Positions 24,391 to 36,937 of a stretch of DNA of 64,000 nt are shown here, in pieces. The notes beneath the pieces are model-generated. The model ran no database searches, had not been told where the DNA came from, and worked only from the letters and a program-made list of their open reading frames with translations. Position numbers and translations under genes: made by a program. The DNA lies in contig NC_134474.1 of NCBI RefSeq assembly GCF_964194025.1, positions 54,250,001 through 54,314,000 of the forward strand. Reading direction: 5' to 3'. The stretch comes from Convolutriloba macropyga (Eukaryota). Position 1 is the first letter of the stretch. Each line of letters starts with the position of its first letter.

Positions 24391-27300
24391 TAGTAGTAGT
24401 AGTAGTAAAAGACGTAAATTCCAACAAGAGGAATACATAGTAAAAGAAAGACATGACAGTACAAATTAACAAAGCACAGTAGCAAATTAAGATCTGCAGT
24501 CCACACAGCGACATTTAAGAAATTATGTACATGGCCGATAGTATTTAAAAGAATGTGTTTTGGCTATGAGAAAATTATCTAAATTCTTACAAAAAATATT
24601 GAAAGATGACCTAAAGTCAATGAGGTTGATAGAAATTAAGTAATTGGCGGAGTGGATAGTTCGACTAAGAAAACAGTTGTCAGTTTTTTTTATTTTTTTT
24701 GTTCAACGGTTGTTCAAAAAAGGTTTTGACTGATCCTCGGGAGCTGAGTGTCGTACTATTGACATGTAGCTTTAAGTCACTCTCCATTGTTTCATGCCAA
24801 GTTTTCCATAGTAGAATAAGGTCAGCTCGCGCAATTTGATAGCAAATTGGATACAAATTTAGTTTTGAAAGTGTCTCGTTGTAATCCTCAGACCTAATAA
24901 CCCAGCGCAACACTTTGCGCTGAAAGTTTTCTAACACTTTCAAAATACCAGTTGTAACACACCAAGCTTGGGAGCAGTAAAGTAGCACAGCTAAAATCAT
25001 CGTTTGGTACAACGGTTTCTTGCGGAGAATAGAAACTTGAAACGGTATATTTCTTTTCAAAAAATTAAAAATTTTATTACATTTCGCAAATTTCGTCTTA
25101 ACATGTGTTGTCCAACAGAAATCTTCAGTAACTAGCATTCCCAAACCCATAATCTCTCTAGTGAAAAAAATTTCCGCTTCTCCTAGAAATAAAGGAGATT
25201 GGCTGCGTTTAAAGTTCGTCGCTTTACACTTTTTTGGATGAAATTCAAGTTGACTTTTGCGTGACCATTCATAAATACCATTGATGTCAATTTGCAGACC
25301 TTCGAAACAATCAACGCATAGCAGCTTTAGGTCGTCGGCATATAAGTAAACTTGGGAGTTTTGCAAATGGTCAACAAGATCGTTCATGTACAAGATAAAC
25401 AGAAGTGGTCCAAGGACACTTCCTTGTGGGACACCAGATGTTACAACGGAGGGCCTAGAAAAACAAGATCCTCGACGTGCAATTTGGTGTCGATCTTCGA
25501 GATAATCCGAAAAAAGATGAAGAAAAGCGTCGTCAAACCCAAATGCTGCCAGTTTTGTTAGTAATTTATGATGCGGAGCGGAATCAAAAGCCTTTTTGAT
25601 ATCAAAATAGACGCTAGCACAAGGAAAATTTTCGTCAGGATTGTTGTAAAGAACATCAAAATATGAAATAAGTTGAGTAGTTGTGCTGCGTTTCTTCATA
25701 AAACCGTGTTGAGCGTTTGTGACTAGCGGCCTAACTATCAGATACAAAAAATTGAACATTTTTTTAAAAACAATAGAAAGCTTTGGAAGCAAGCTGATCG
25801 GACGATAGTTTATAACGTCACTTGTTGAACCATTTTTGTGCAGTGGTGTGATATATGAAGTTTTCCACTCCTTAGGCCAATGCGAGGACTTTTGAATATT
25901 TTGAAATAATTCCATAACTGCTGGGGCTAAAACTTGACAGCCATCACGAAGCAAGAAAGATGGTACTTGATCTGAGCCCATGGAAGAACTGTCAACACAT
26001 TTGCTCAATATTTTTTCAATTTCCAGAACTCCAAACGTAACATCTTGTAATTTAATACTCGAATCTAAAGCTGTTGGAACATTTTTGTGAATTTTACAAC
26101 TATAGACAGAGCTAAAAAAAATCATTGAATGCATTTGCCTTTTTATCGTCAGTTGAAAAACTGACACCGTCGTAATTCATCACAGGCGGAAAAGCGCTAG
26201 TCTCTTTGAGATTCCTGAGTAGCTTGAAACAGTCATTCCTGCTCGTCAAATTACATTTCTCAATAAGAAGACTCGTGTCAAGTTCAATTGACTCTGAAAG
26301 CTCTGTCTGACTTTCCCTCATTTTCAATGAGTCCGATAGTGTCCAATCTTTTTCCAGCCTTCTCTTGATTGTCGCGCTTTTATTTAACAAATGCTTGGTT
26401 TGCGAAGAGTAGAAAAACGGAGCTGATACACGCTTTCGGCGTTTCTTAGCTATCGAAACCGGGAACGCATTTTTTCAGCTCATAGTACCATAATGAAAAG
26501 AAATCAGAGGCTTTAATTTGGAAAGTTAGAAGTTCGTACAGCAAAAAAAAGCTCTTGATTGAACGCTTGAATACTGAAAGATGATTTCGAGTAAGTAGAG
26601 ATGCGTATACTTCTGTAATTATTGATGAGTGGAACTTGGAAAATTATTGGAAAGTGATCTGAGAAATGCTCTTTTGGGAGATGGAATGGAATTGACTCTA
26701 GAGAAGTGAAAATGAGATCTAGGCAGTTCCCACGAATGTGCGCAGCCTCATTAATTATTTGATTTAGACCTAAGTCCGTGAAAAAATCCAATAAAACATT
26801 ATCTGAAGAACTAGACGAGGAGAGACATGCCCAAGCTACCTTGGGCATGTTAAAATCACCTACAACATAGAGCTCGAAATTCGAATTCAGACCACGTTTA
26901 AGGCAGAATGTATTAAAATTGTTGATATAAAATGAAATCGATTCCATCAAAATATGATTGCTAAAGAAGAATTTCGAAGATGTTGGCGGTCTGTACACTA
27001 CAATAAGGAAAACAGCTTTTTCTATTTTGACAACTGCACAAGCAGCTAAAAAGGGGTAACTGTCTTCTGATAAATCAAATACTAGATGGGACATAGCAGA
27101 CGATGCTGCTATTAAAACTCCGCCATGTCCATCTTTTTTTTCTGTCTAAGCGTGAAATAACAGTGTGTGATCCACCAGGAAATATTTCAGAATCTGTAAT
27201 CTGGTTATCGAGCAAAGTTTCTGTAAGCAATTTTAAGCTAATTTTTTCCACCTGCACTACTTTCAGCAATATTAATCGTTTTTCAAGACAATTGATAGAT

Positions 27301-28257
27301 TGGCAATTTACAAGTAGACAATTAGCATTCGTTGTTAGTCAATTTACCGATTCATTCAAGTTCACCAGGTTTCCCTGATAGAAAAGTTGTAAATTTCTGA
27401 TTCGAAAATCCTTTTTACTTTTGCCTTCACCGATCATCTGAAATCTATTTGACAGAATTCTCTTTTCCAATTCTCGATCGGATTGCGTCAAGAACTTTTT
27501 GATATTCACTGGAATGCGAAAATTTTTTAGATAATGGCTGCGTGCCAAACAATTTTCCGTGAAATGTGGACTGTTTGTTGTAATCAGAATTGGTCTAAAA
27601 AGGCGTCTTTCATTGTTAGCAGGGTTTTTGAACTTTCCAAGGCGTCTTGCTTGCACAATATTTCCGTCTGATTTTAGACCCATAAAAGTGATAACCTCGT
27701 TAAGAAGCTTCCTGTCAGACTCTATAAGTTTGTTATAAGAATTTGCATTTTCGGGCAGACCTTTAATCAGAAACTGCATTGGCTCATTAGCCGTTTTGTG
27801 CCCCCTAAATTTCTTATTCGTTAGGACAGCATCACGAAAAGATGGCAAAGTCTCGTTGAAAACTTTTTCGAAATTGTCCTTGATATGATTAGGCAATGCT
27901 AGCTCAATAATTTTCGGTATTTCATTACCGATTTTAGCAGACAAGGCAACAGCAACTTTGTCAGCAATTTTATTCTCATCTAAGGTCTTTGTCAACTTAG
28001 CTTCGGATGGGAAGAGCTGATCACTATCACAGGTATCACAAATCCATTTGCAGTTTTTCCTTGCTCCAAGCCAGTCCACATCGTCAACTGATAGAGATAC
28101 ACATGGACCACGGAACCAAAGCTCACACTTCTCGCTTGATATTGCCGATTTATCATTGTCTTTGATGTTCCATTTACACACACTGCACTTGCAAGGGTTT
28201 GACTGTCGTGTCATTGTTTAGAGCATAACCAATATGAAACTATTTAATGAAACTATT
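24391..28257 (-). mobile_element. LINE A, unit 3 (extra homopolymer frameshifts)
   Basis: TSD CAATAG at 24385-24390 / 28258-28263. Confidence 0.95.
27339..28214 (-). CDS. LINE A ORF1 (PHD, additional Cys->Ser), unit 3
   Basis: 291 aa; AISSEKC versus AISCEKC. Confidence 0.88.
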   Translation of the reverse strand: MTRQSNPCKCSVCKWNIKDNDKSAISSEKCELWFRGPCVSLSVDDVDWLGARKNCKWICDTCDSDQLFPSEAKLTKTLDENKIADKVAVALSAKIGNEIPKIIELALPNHIKDNFEKVFNETLPSFRDAVLTNKKFRGHKTANEPMQFLIKGLPENANSYNKLIESDRKLLNEVITFMGLKSDGNIVQARRLGKFKNPANNERRLFRPILITTNSPHFTENCLARSHYLKNFRIPVNIKKFLTQSDRELEKRILSNRFQMIGEGKSKKDFRIRNLQLFYQGNLVNLNESVN

Positions 28258-31200
28258 CAATAGGGCGATGCGTAGCTGATGACAGCGACGACTCTGCTTT
28301 TATACAGATTGAGCTTCGCACTAACTCTCAGCTTGGTGAAGACGTTCCTCCTAAGCAGATTGAGGGATCCGTATGCCTTGCCAGGCCTTCTCGATATGTT
28401 TTCTGACCATGACAGATTTGACGAAACTATGAGGCCCAAGGCCCGGTGACTATTAATCGCGCCGTTTGACTCGTTGCAGAGCTTGTATTCGGGTTGCAGC
28501 CCCGAGACTATCAATATCTTGGTTTACTTGGGTGCAACTCCATTTTGTTGGCCAGTGACCAATTCTCCAGGTTTGCCAAGGATCGCTGAAGGGACGCACC
28601 GCTGGCTAAGAGCTTGCTGTCGTCTGCCATGAGGAACCATCACGAACAAATCATTGATAGCTTCGGGAAGATCGTTTATGTACACCAAGAAGAAGAGCGG
28701 CGGTCCTAATCTACAGCCTTGGGGTACACCACTTTCTGATGACTTGGCATCGTCGATTTGAAAAACTGGTCTTCGATCATGTAAGTAGCTTTCGATTATT
28801 TTGAGCAATCGAGAACTGACTCCTAGAGCTTGAAGTTTTGCTACTAGAATGGAATGATCCACTTTGTCGAAGGCCTTTTTCAGTTCTAAAGAGACAGCAT
28901 GAATTGCCTTCGAGCTGTCCTTGCTTTCTGCGATTCTGTTCAGAGAGACCAGAAGCTGGAGTACAGATGATCTGCCTCCGCGAAATCCGAACACAATCGG
29001 AGATGTGGGGTTCAACAATTTCGAGTAGTTTGTTGTAAATGCATTTCACGAAAAATTTGCTGACACAAGATAACAAAGCAACAGGTAGTTAGCGACCTTG
29101 TCTTTGGCTCCTTTCATGTGCAATGGCTTAATGCAAAAGAGTTTCCAGCATGAAGGGAATTTGTCGGTCTCTTTTGCTTCTCTGAAGATGGAGGACATGG
29201 AATTGGCTAACCCTTCCGCGCAAACTCCCAAGAAACATGGGGGAATGCCGTCATAACCCGTTGCCTTAGTGATGTTGAGCTCTCTTAGTATTACGCCGCA
29301 TAGTTTCTCAGGACCTGTGTCAAAGTCACAAACGAGTGAATGTTGGAGGTTCTCACTTTCGCATGTGCCTCTAGGGTTGTACACTGAGATGAAGTACTCA
29401 TTGAACATGTTGGCTTTTTCTAGCGCTGTTCTGGCTTTCTGGTATGCTTATTTCATTACAGGCGGTAGATCAAGTGCCCCTTTGACTCGCTTCAGATGTT
29501 TGAAGATTTTCTCTGTAGAACGTCCAGAAAAAAGATTGTCTTGATATTCAGATAGATCCTCCTCAGACATGCGCTCCATATCAGGTTTCAGCTGCGCAAG
29601 TTTGTATTTCAGCTTTTCGGTTATTAAGCTTTTTTCAGCTCGGGTTTATGCGGTTTTGAGCCTCCTGGTGACGTTGGAAATGGTTGCAGTAATCCATTGA
29701 GGCAGTGATGATCATTGTGCAATTTTTCTAGGAACAAATGTGTCCAATTTGGATTCTAACCATTCGTGCCAATGTTGAACCATCAGCGCAGGGTTTGTCC
29801 AGCAGTATGGAATGAATGGATCTTCTGTCAGTGCTTTTAGAATACCCTCTTTTTCCATTTTCTTGAAATTAAAGAGGCATCTACTGTGTGATTCATTGGT
29901 GTCCTTCTGTGTGATTCATTGGACATCAAGGTGTGGATAAAGAGCGATTCGTGATCTGACATTGTCTGTCATCCAAGATTGGTGACGGATATGTGCTGAC
30001 TGATACGATAAGTGATGGGCTATCTGATAAGCATACATCAAGAATGCGATCGTTTGTCTTGTTTAATTGAGTGAGATTGAAATCTAGAAAGATATCAACA
30101 CACACTTGCTCACAAGAGTTGATTCTCGACATTTCGTCCCAGTTGACTGTTGATAACTAATGTCCCCAGCAAGGATAATGAGAACCATGGGAAGCATAGA
30201 AGAAAGTGTGCTAAGAAGAGAACGAAAAAGGGCGGAGGGCCAGAGGTAATTTTAGTTGCGTGGAGGATTACAGACACAATGATTAATAAAAGAGGTTTCG
30301 CAGCCGCTGACGTTCTTGTTCTCAGGGAATGTAATTTCTTCGAAGTAAATTGAAGAGCAAAGTCCAATGAGAACTCCTCCATGTTGTCCATGATCTCTTT
30401 TGCTTCTAACCAAATGATAATCAGGTAAGAAAAGTTCCCCATCTTTAAAACTAATTTCAAGCCAGATTTCGCATAAACAAAGAATGTTAAATGTTTTCAG
30501 TGAAATACCGAAGGACCGGAGCGTTCTTATATTACCACCCACAAAAAGTGGTGACAAAAAATTATGATATCACAAATGAGATCACCCAACTCAAACTGGT
30601 GAACGAAAGACTGGATTAACAACGTCATAACGCATTTCGCTCCCTATAAACTTTGCTAAACATTTCGGCAAAGTGTCCCACACATAATTGTTCAGCAAAC
30701 TGCAACAAGCTGATAGTCGCTTGATTAAAATGTGCGAAAAATCTCAAAAGTTGAAAACATTGCATACGCCTCGGTTGCACAAAAATAGTGCAAACATCCA
30801 CAACCACAGTATGAGTGGACTTCAGTTTGAGGGTGTTAACATACTGTTTCTATCATCAGTAACGTAGGTGAGAAATTGGATCTGTTTTTGATACCATTTT
30901 TAAATAAATCAAGTTTTAATAGATTTTTGTTTCAGTGAAAGGCTCGATCATTAATCCAGTATCCAGGTTTAAAGACTAATGGAATATACAAGGCAGAAGA
31001 AAAAAGTGAAGTTTTAATGGTCTCACATAGTGTTCCAATGAATCAGTTTTGTTACTGCATTAATGACCTTCAAGATATATTTCAATATTTCCTGATAAAA
31101 AAATCAAACACAACTTGTAAAATGTCGTGATTATCTAGTCTTGAAGCGTTTAAAATTATGAAACTCCAACAACAAACTTCAGTTTGCTCAAAGAACTGTT

Positions 31201-33076
31201 TCCTATCATTCTGGGATCCAACAGGATTTTAATTTGAATAACAAATCCCAGCCTATATATATTGGTGCTTTCCTCTCCACTTGTTAGTTATTTTTGTGAC
31301 TGGGCCATCTTTACACTGTCTGGAGGGGAACAGCTTGGAGTGCAGCATCCGGCTAAGTGCTACTGATCATCCCTTATTTTCCGACCTACATCCATCGTTG
31401 CCGAATGGTGTACACGGTCATTTTTATATATTTAAAAAACAAAGAGAGTAGATAGAGTTATACGATTGAAGATTATGAAATCTGGGTCACCTGTCTACCT
31501 CTTTTTAAAAACAAGCCATCATCTGATGTGGATATCGAATTTCACAACAAAGCTGGAGCACAAATGTGAGCACGGATTCTGATTTTTAAATAAGACATTT
31601 TGAACGTACTTTACTAATAGAACGTGTAACATTATTCATTTGCCGACGAGTGGGGAAAATACTGGATAGTCTTTGCAAAAAAAATCAAATTCGCCCCAGC
31701 TTCCACAAATGTCGCTGTGCCGTTTGCAGATGTTAAACGTAACTTAGAACAGTTGCTTTGAATCATATCTTTTTTTTACCTCTACCTTCTGTAAAGGCCT
31801 TTTTTAGCACTGTCAAAAATCTTTCAATGGTATATTTAAGTATTTAACTACTACTACTGCCAAAATTGAAGACCAATAGAATTTCGTAGTAAATTGCTCT
31901 CTTAATAAACATACAAAAACTCACTCAAGAGTGCTTTTACACCTTTGGCTCTGGTAACTAGGACTCAATGCCAGACACACGGTCATGGTTTAAAACAGTG
32001 TGCTGCAGTAATTTAAATCTAATAAACACTCCGAATTCCCAAAAAAATGCTATCAAACAATAACAATGTGTGCAATGCGAATGCAGCGCGTCCCGATATG
32101 GTACACTCCAATACGCCTACTTTTTCTCAAAATTGTCGAAACACAGAGAATAATTTAGGACCTCGCCCGGCCGCTTAATGAACGCAAAGATCATTGGAAA
32201 TAAAGGAACTATTGTTTGCAGACACAAAGCGTGACAAAATTGAACACCAAAAAATTCCATCTAGCGTTCAGCTTTTCAATAGCTGATTCTTGACACCATG
32301 AGATTCCTGAAACCCTGAGGCTTTGCAAAACAATATGAAGCGCGCAAGAGAAAGTTTATCTTTTCAGCCACTTTACTTACCTATTAGACCATTTGAGGAA
32401 CCATTTCCTCCAAACAAAACTTTCTCTCGTGAAATAATACACTCTTAAAGAAACTGACGTGAAAAAATTTAAAATTCCAGACGAAAAACATTTGGTTTTC
32501 TACTGGCGACTCCTGGAATCTTTATGATAGGCGTATGACATCACCTTTAGATCAACCAAAAGACTGAAAACAATAATAAAAATAATTTGAATTTACAACA
32601 TGTTGAGGGGACTCTCGTCCCGAATTAAAAGTTTGAGTTTACAGTTTCGGCATCTGCAAGCAATTCTCCATGAACACAGGTTGTTTTCGCTAAAGTTTTC
32701 AGTGAAGTATCACCAGAATATTCGAAGTAACGATGGCTTCAGCCCAATAGGTCTTGTAATGTCAATAGATGGAAGAAATGATAATAGTCGATTTGTGCGA
32801 GCAAAAAATTCGTTGCGAGATGAGTCAAATCGTGGTTTTCTGCAACTTGGAATTTTTCTTTTTTTCTCGTCTGAGTCCATCCTTCAGAGATATGAAGTCC
32901 TCCCAACAGAGATCGTATGCTCCATTGCATTTCTTTGTCAAAGTGAGAACGTCCAGCATTTCGAGGTAATGGAATAGGGAGCACCTCTATAAAGAGTAAG
33001 CACTCTTTGTAGTCACTAATGGTTGGCAGAATGGAGCAGTTCTAACTTCATGTCGCCTCTTGAAGCGTACCAATAG

Positions 33077-36000
33077 TAATAGTAGTAGTAGTAAAAGACG
33101 TAAATTCCAACAAGAGGAATACATAGTAAAAGAAAGACATGACAGTACAAATTAACAAAGCACAGTAGCAAATTAAGATCTGCAGTCCACACAGCGACAT
33201 TTAAGATATTATGTACATGGCCGATAGTAATTAAAAGAATGTGTTTTGGCTATGAGAAAATTATCTAAATTCTTACAAAAAATATTGAAAGATGACTTAA
33301 AGTCAATGAGGTTGATAGAAATTAAGTAATTGGCGGAGTGGATAGTTCGACTAAGAAAACAGTTGTCAGTTTGGATTTTTTTGTTCAACGGTTGTTCAAA
33401 AAAGGTTTTGACTGATCCTCGGGAGCTGAGTGTCGTACTATTGACATGTAGCTTTAAGTCACTCTCCATTGTTTCATGCCAAGTTTTCCATAGTAGAATA
33501 AGGTCAGCTCGCGCAATTTGATAGCAAATTGGATACAAATTTAGTTTTGAAAGTGTCTCGTTGTAATCCTCAGACCTAATAACCCAGCGCAACACTTTGC
33601 GCTGAAAGTTTTCTAACACTTTCAAAATACCAGCTGTAACACACCAAGCTTGGGAGCAGTAAAGTAGCACAGCTAAAATCATCGTTTGGTACAACGGTTT
33701 CTTGCGGAGAATAGAAACTTGAAACGGTATATTTCTTTTCAAAAAATTAAAAATTTTATTACATTTCGCAAATTTCATCTTAACATGTGTTGTCCAACAG
33801 AAATCTTCAGTAACTAGCATTCCCAAACCCATAATCTCTCTAGTGAAAAGAATTTCCGCTTCTCCTAGAAATAAAGGAGATTGGCTGCGTTTAAAGTTCA
33901 TCGCTTTACACTTTTTTGGATGAAATTCAAGTTGACTTTTGCGTGACCATTCATAAATACCATTGATGTCAATTTGCAGACCTTCGAAACAATCAACGCA
34001 TAGCAGCTTTAGGTCGTCGGCATATAAGTAAACTTGGGAGTTTTGCAAATGGTCAACAAGATCGTTCATGTACAAGATAAACAGAAGTGGTTCAAGGACA
34101 CTTCCTTGTGGGACACCAGATGTTACAACGGAGGGCCTAGAAAAACAAGATCCTCGACGGACAATTTGGTGTCGATCTTCGAGATAATCCGAAAAAAGAT
34201 GAAGAAAAGCGTCGTCAAACCCAAATGCTGCCAGTTTTGTTAGTAATTTATGATGCGGAGCGGAATCAAAAGCCTTTTTAATATCAAAATAGACGCTAGC
34301 ACAAGGAAAATTTTCGTCAGGATTGTTGTAAAGAACATCAAAATATGAAATAAGTTGAGTAGTTGTGCTGCGTTTCTTCATAAAACCGTGCTGAGCGTTT
34401 GTGACTAGCGGCCTAACTATCAGATACAAAAAATTGAACATTTTTTCAAAAACAATAGAAAGCTTTGGAAGCAAGCTGATCGGACGATAGTTTATAACGT
34501 CACTTGTTGAACCATTTTTGTGCAGTGGTGTGATATATGAAGTTTTCCACTCCTTAGGCCAATGCGAGGACTTTTGAATATTTTGAAATAATTCCATAAC
34601 TGCTGGGGCTAAAACTTGACAGCCATCACGAAGCAAGAAAGATGGTACTTGATCTGAGCCCATGGAAGAACTGTCAACACATTTGCTCAATATTTTTTCA
34701 ATTTCCAGAACTCCAAACGTAACATCTTGTAATTTAATACTCGAATCTAAAGCTGTTGGAACATTTTTGTGAATTTTACAACTATAGACAGAGCTAAAAA
34801 AATCATTGAATGCATTTGCCTTTTTATCGTCAGTTGAAAAACTGACACCGTCGTAATTCATCACAGGCGGAAAAGCGCTAGTCTCTTTGAGATTCCTGAG
34901 TAGCTTGAAACAGTCATTCCTGCTCGTCAAATTACATTTTTCAATAAGAAGACTCGTGTCAAGTTCAATTGACTCTGAAAGCTCTGTCTGACTTTCCCTC
35001 ATTTTCAATGAGTCCGATAGTGTCCAATCTTTTTCCAGCCTTCTCTTGATTGTCGCGCTTTTATTTAACAAATGCATGGTTTGCGAAGAGTAGAAAAACG
35101 GAGCTGATACACGCTTTCGGCGTTTCTTAGCTATCGAAACCGGGAACGCATTTTTTCAGCTCATAGTACCATAATGAAAAGAAATCAGAGGCTTTAATTT
35201 GGAAAGTTAGAAGTTCGTACAGCAAAAAAAGCTCTTGATTGAACGCTTGAATACTGAAAGATGATTTCGAGTAAGTAGAGATGCGTATACTTCTGTAATT
35301 ATTGATGAGTGGAACTTGGAAAATTATTGGAAAGTGATCTGAGAAATGCTCTTTTGGGAGATGGAATGGAATTGACTCTAGAGAAGTGAAAATGAGATCT
35401 AGGCAGTTCCCACGAATGTGCGCAGCCTCATTAATTATTTGATTTAGACCTAAGTCCGTGAAAAAATCCAATAAAACATTATCTGAAGAACTAGACGAGG
35501 AGAGACATGCCCAAGCTACCTTGGGCATGTTAAAATCACCTACAACATAGAGCTCGAAATTCGAATTCAGACCACGTTTAAGGCAGAATGTATTAAAATT
35601 GTTGATACAAAATGAAATCGATTCCATCAAAATATGATTGCTAAAGAAGAATTTCGAAGATGTTGGCGGTCTGTACACTACAATAAAGAAAACAGCTTTT
35701 TCTATTTTGACAACTGCACAAGCAGCTAAAAAGGGGTAACTGTCTTCTGATAAATCAAATACTAGATGGGACATAGCAGACGATGCTGCTATTAAAACTC
35801 CGCCATGTCCATCTTTTTTTTCTGTCTAAGCGTGAAATAACAGTGTGTGATCCACCAGGAAATATTTCAGAATCTGTAATCTGGTTATCGAGCAAAGTTT
35901 CTGTAAGCAATTTTAAGCTAATTTTTTCCACCTGCACTACTTTCAGCAATATTAATCGTTTTTCAAGACAATTGATAGATTGGCAATTTACAAGTAGACA

Positions 36001-36937
36001 ATTAGCATTCGTTGTTAGTCAATTTACCGATTCATTCAAGTTCACCAGGTTTCCCTGATAGAAAAGTTGTAAATTTCTGATTCGAAAATCCTTTTTACTT
36101 TTGCCTTCACCGATCATCTGAAATCTATTTGACAGAATTCTCTTTTCCAATTCTCGATCGGATTGCGTCAAGAACTTTTTGATATTCACTGGAATGCGAA
36201 AATTTTTTAGATAATGGCTGCGTGCAAAACAATTTTCGGTGAAATGTGGACTGTTTGTTGTAATCAGAATTGGTCTAAAAAGGCGTCTTTCATTGTTAGC
36301 AGGGTTTTTGAACTTTCCAAGGCGTCTTGCTTGCACAATATTTCCGTCTGGTTTTACACCCATAAAAGTGATAACCTCGTTAAGAAGCTTCCTGTCAGAC
36401 TCTATAAGTTTGTTATAAGAATTTGCATTTTCGGGCAGACCGTTAATCAGAAACTGCATTGGCTCATTAGCCGTTTTGTGCCCCCTAAATTTCTTATTCG
36501 TTAGGACAGCATCACGAAAAGATGGCAAAGTCTCGTTGAAAACTTTTTCGAAATTGTCCTTGATATGATTAGGCAATGCTAGCTCAATATTTTTCGGTAT
36601 TTCAGTACCGATTTTAGCAGACAAGGCAACAGCAACTTTGTCAGCAATTTTATTCTCATCTAAGGTCTTTGTCAACTTAGCTTCGGATGGGAAGAGCTGA
36701 TCACTATCACAGGTATCACAAATCCATTTGCAGTTTTTCCTTGCTCCAAGCCAGTCCACATCGTCAACTGATAGAGATACACATGGACCACGGAACCAAA
36801 GCTCACACTTCTCGCATAATATTGCCGATTTATCATTGTCTTTGATGTTCCATTTACACACACTGCACTTGCAAGGGTTTGACTGTCGTGTCATTGTTTA
36901 GAGCATAACCAATATGAAACTATTTAATGAAACTATT
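33077..36937 (-). mobile_element. LINE A, unit 4 (RT portion 33209-35077 open)
   Basis: TSD CAATAG at 33071-33076 / 36938-36943. Confidence 0.95.
36019..36894 (-). CDS. LINE A ORF1 (PHD), unit 4
   Basis: 291 aa, near-identical to the other copies. Confidence 0.9.
   Translation of the reverse strand: MTRQSNPCKCSVCKWNIKDNDKSAILCEKCELWFRGPCVSLSVDDVDWLGARKNCKWICDTCDSDQLFPSEAKLTKTLDENKIADKVAVALSAKIGTEIPKNIELALPNHIKDNFEKVFNETLPSFRDAVLTNKKFRGHKTANEPMQFLINGLPENANSYNKLIESDRKLLNEVITFMGVKPDGNIVQARRLGKFKNPANNERRLFRPILITTNSPHFTENCFARSHYLKNFRIPVNIKKFLTQSDRELEKRILSNRFQMIGEGKSKKDFRIRNLQLFYQGNLVNLNESVN

Larger units (their letters stand above)
23883..30557 (-). mobile_element. LINE B, unit 3 (interrupted by A)
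   Basis: Copy of the unit 1 features. Confidence 0.88.
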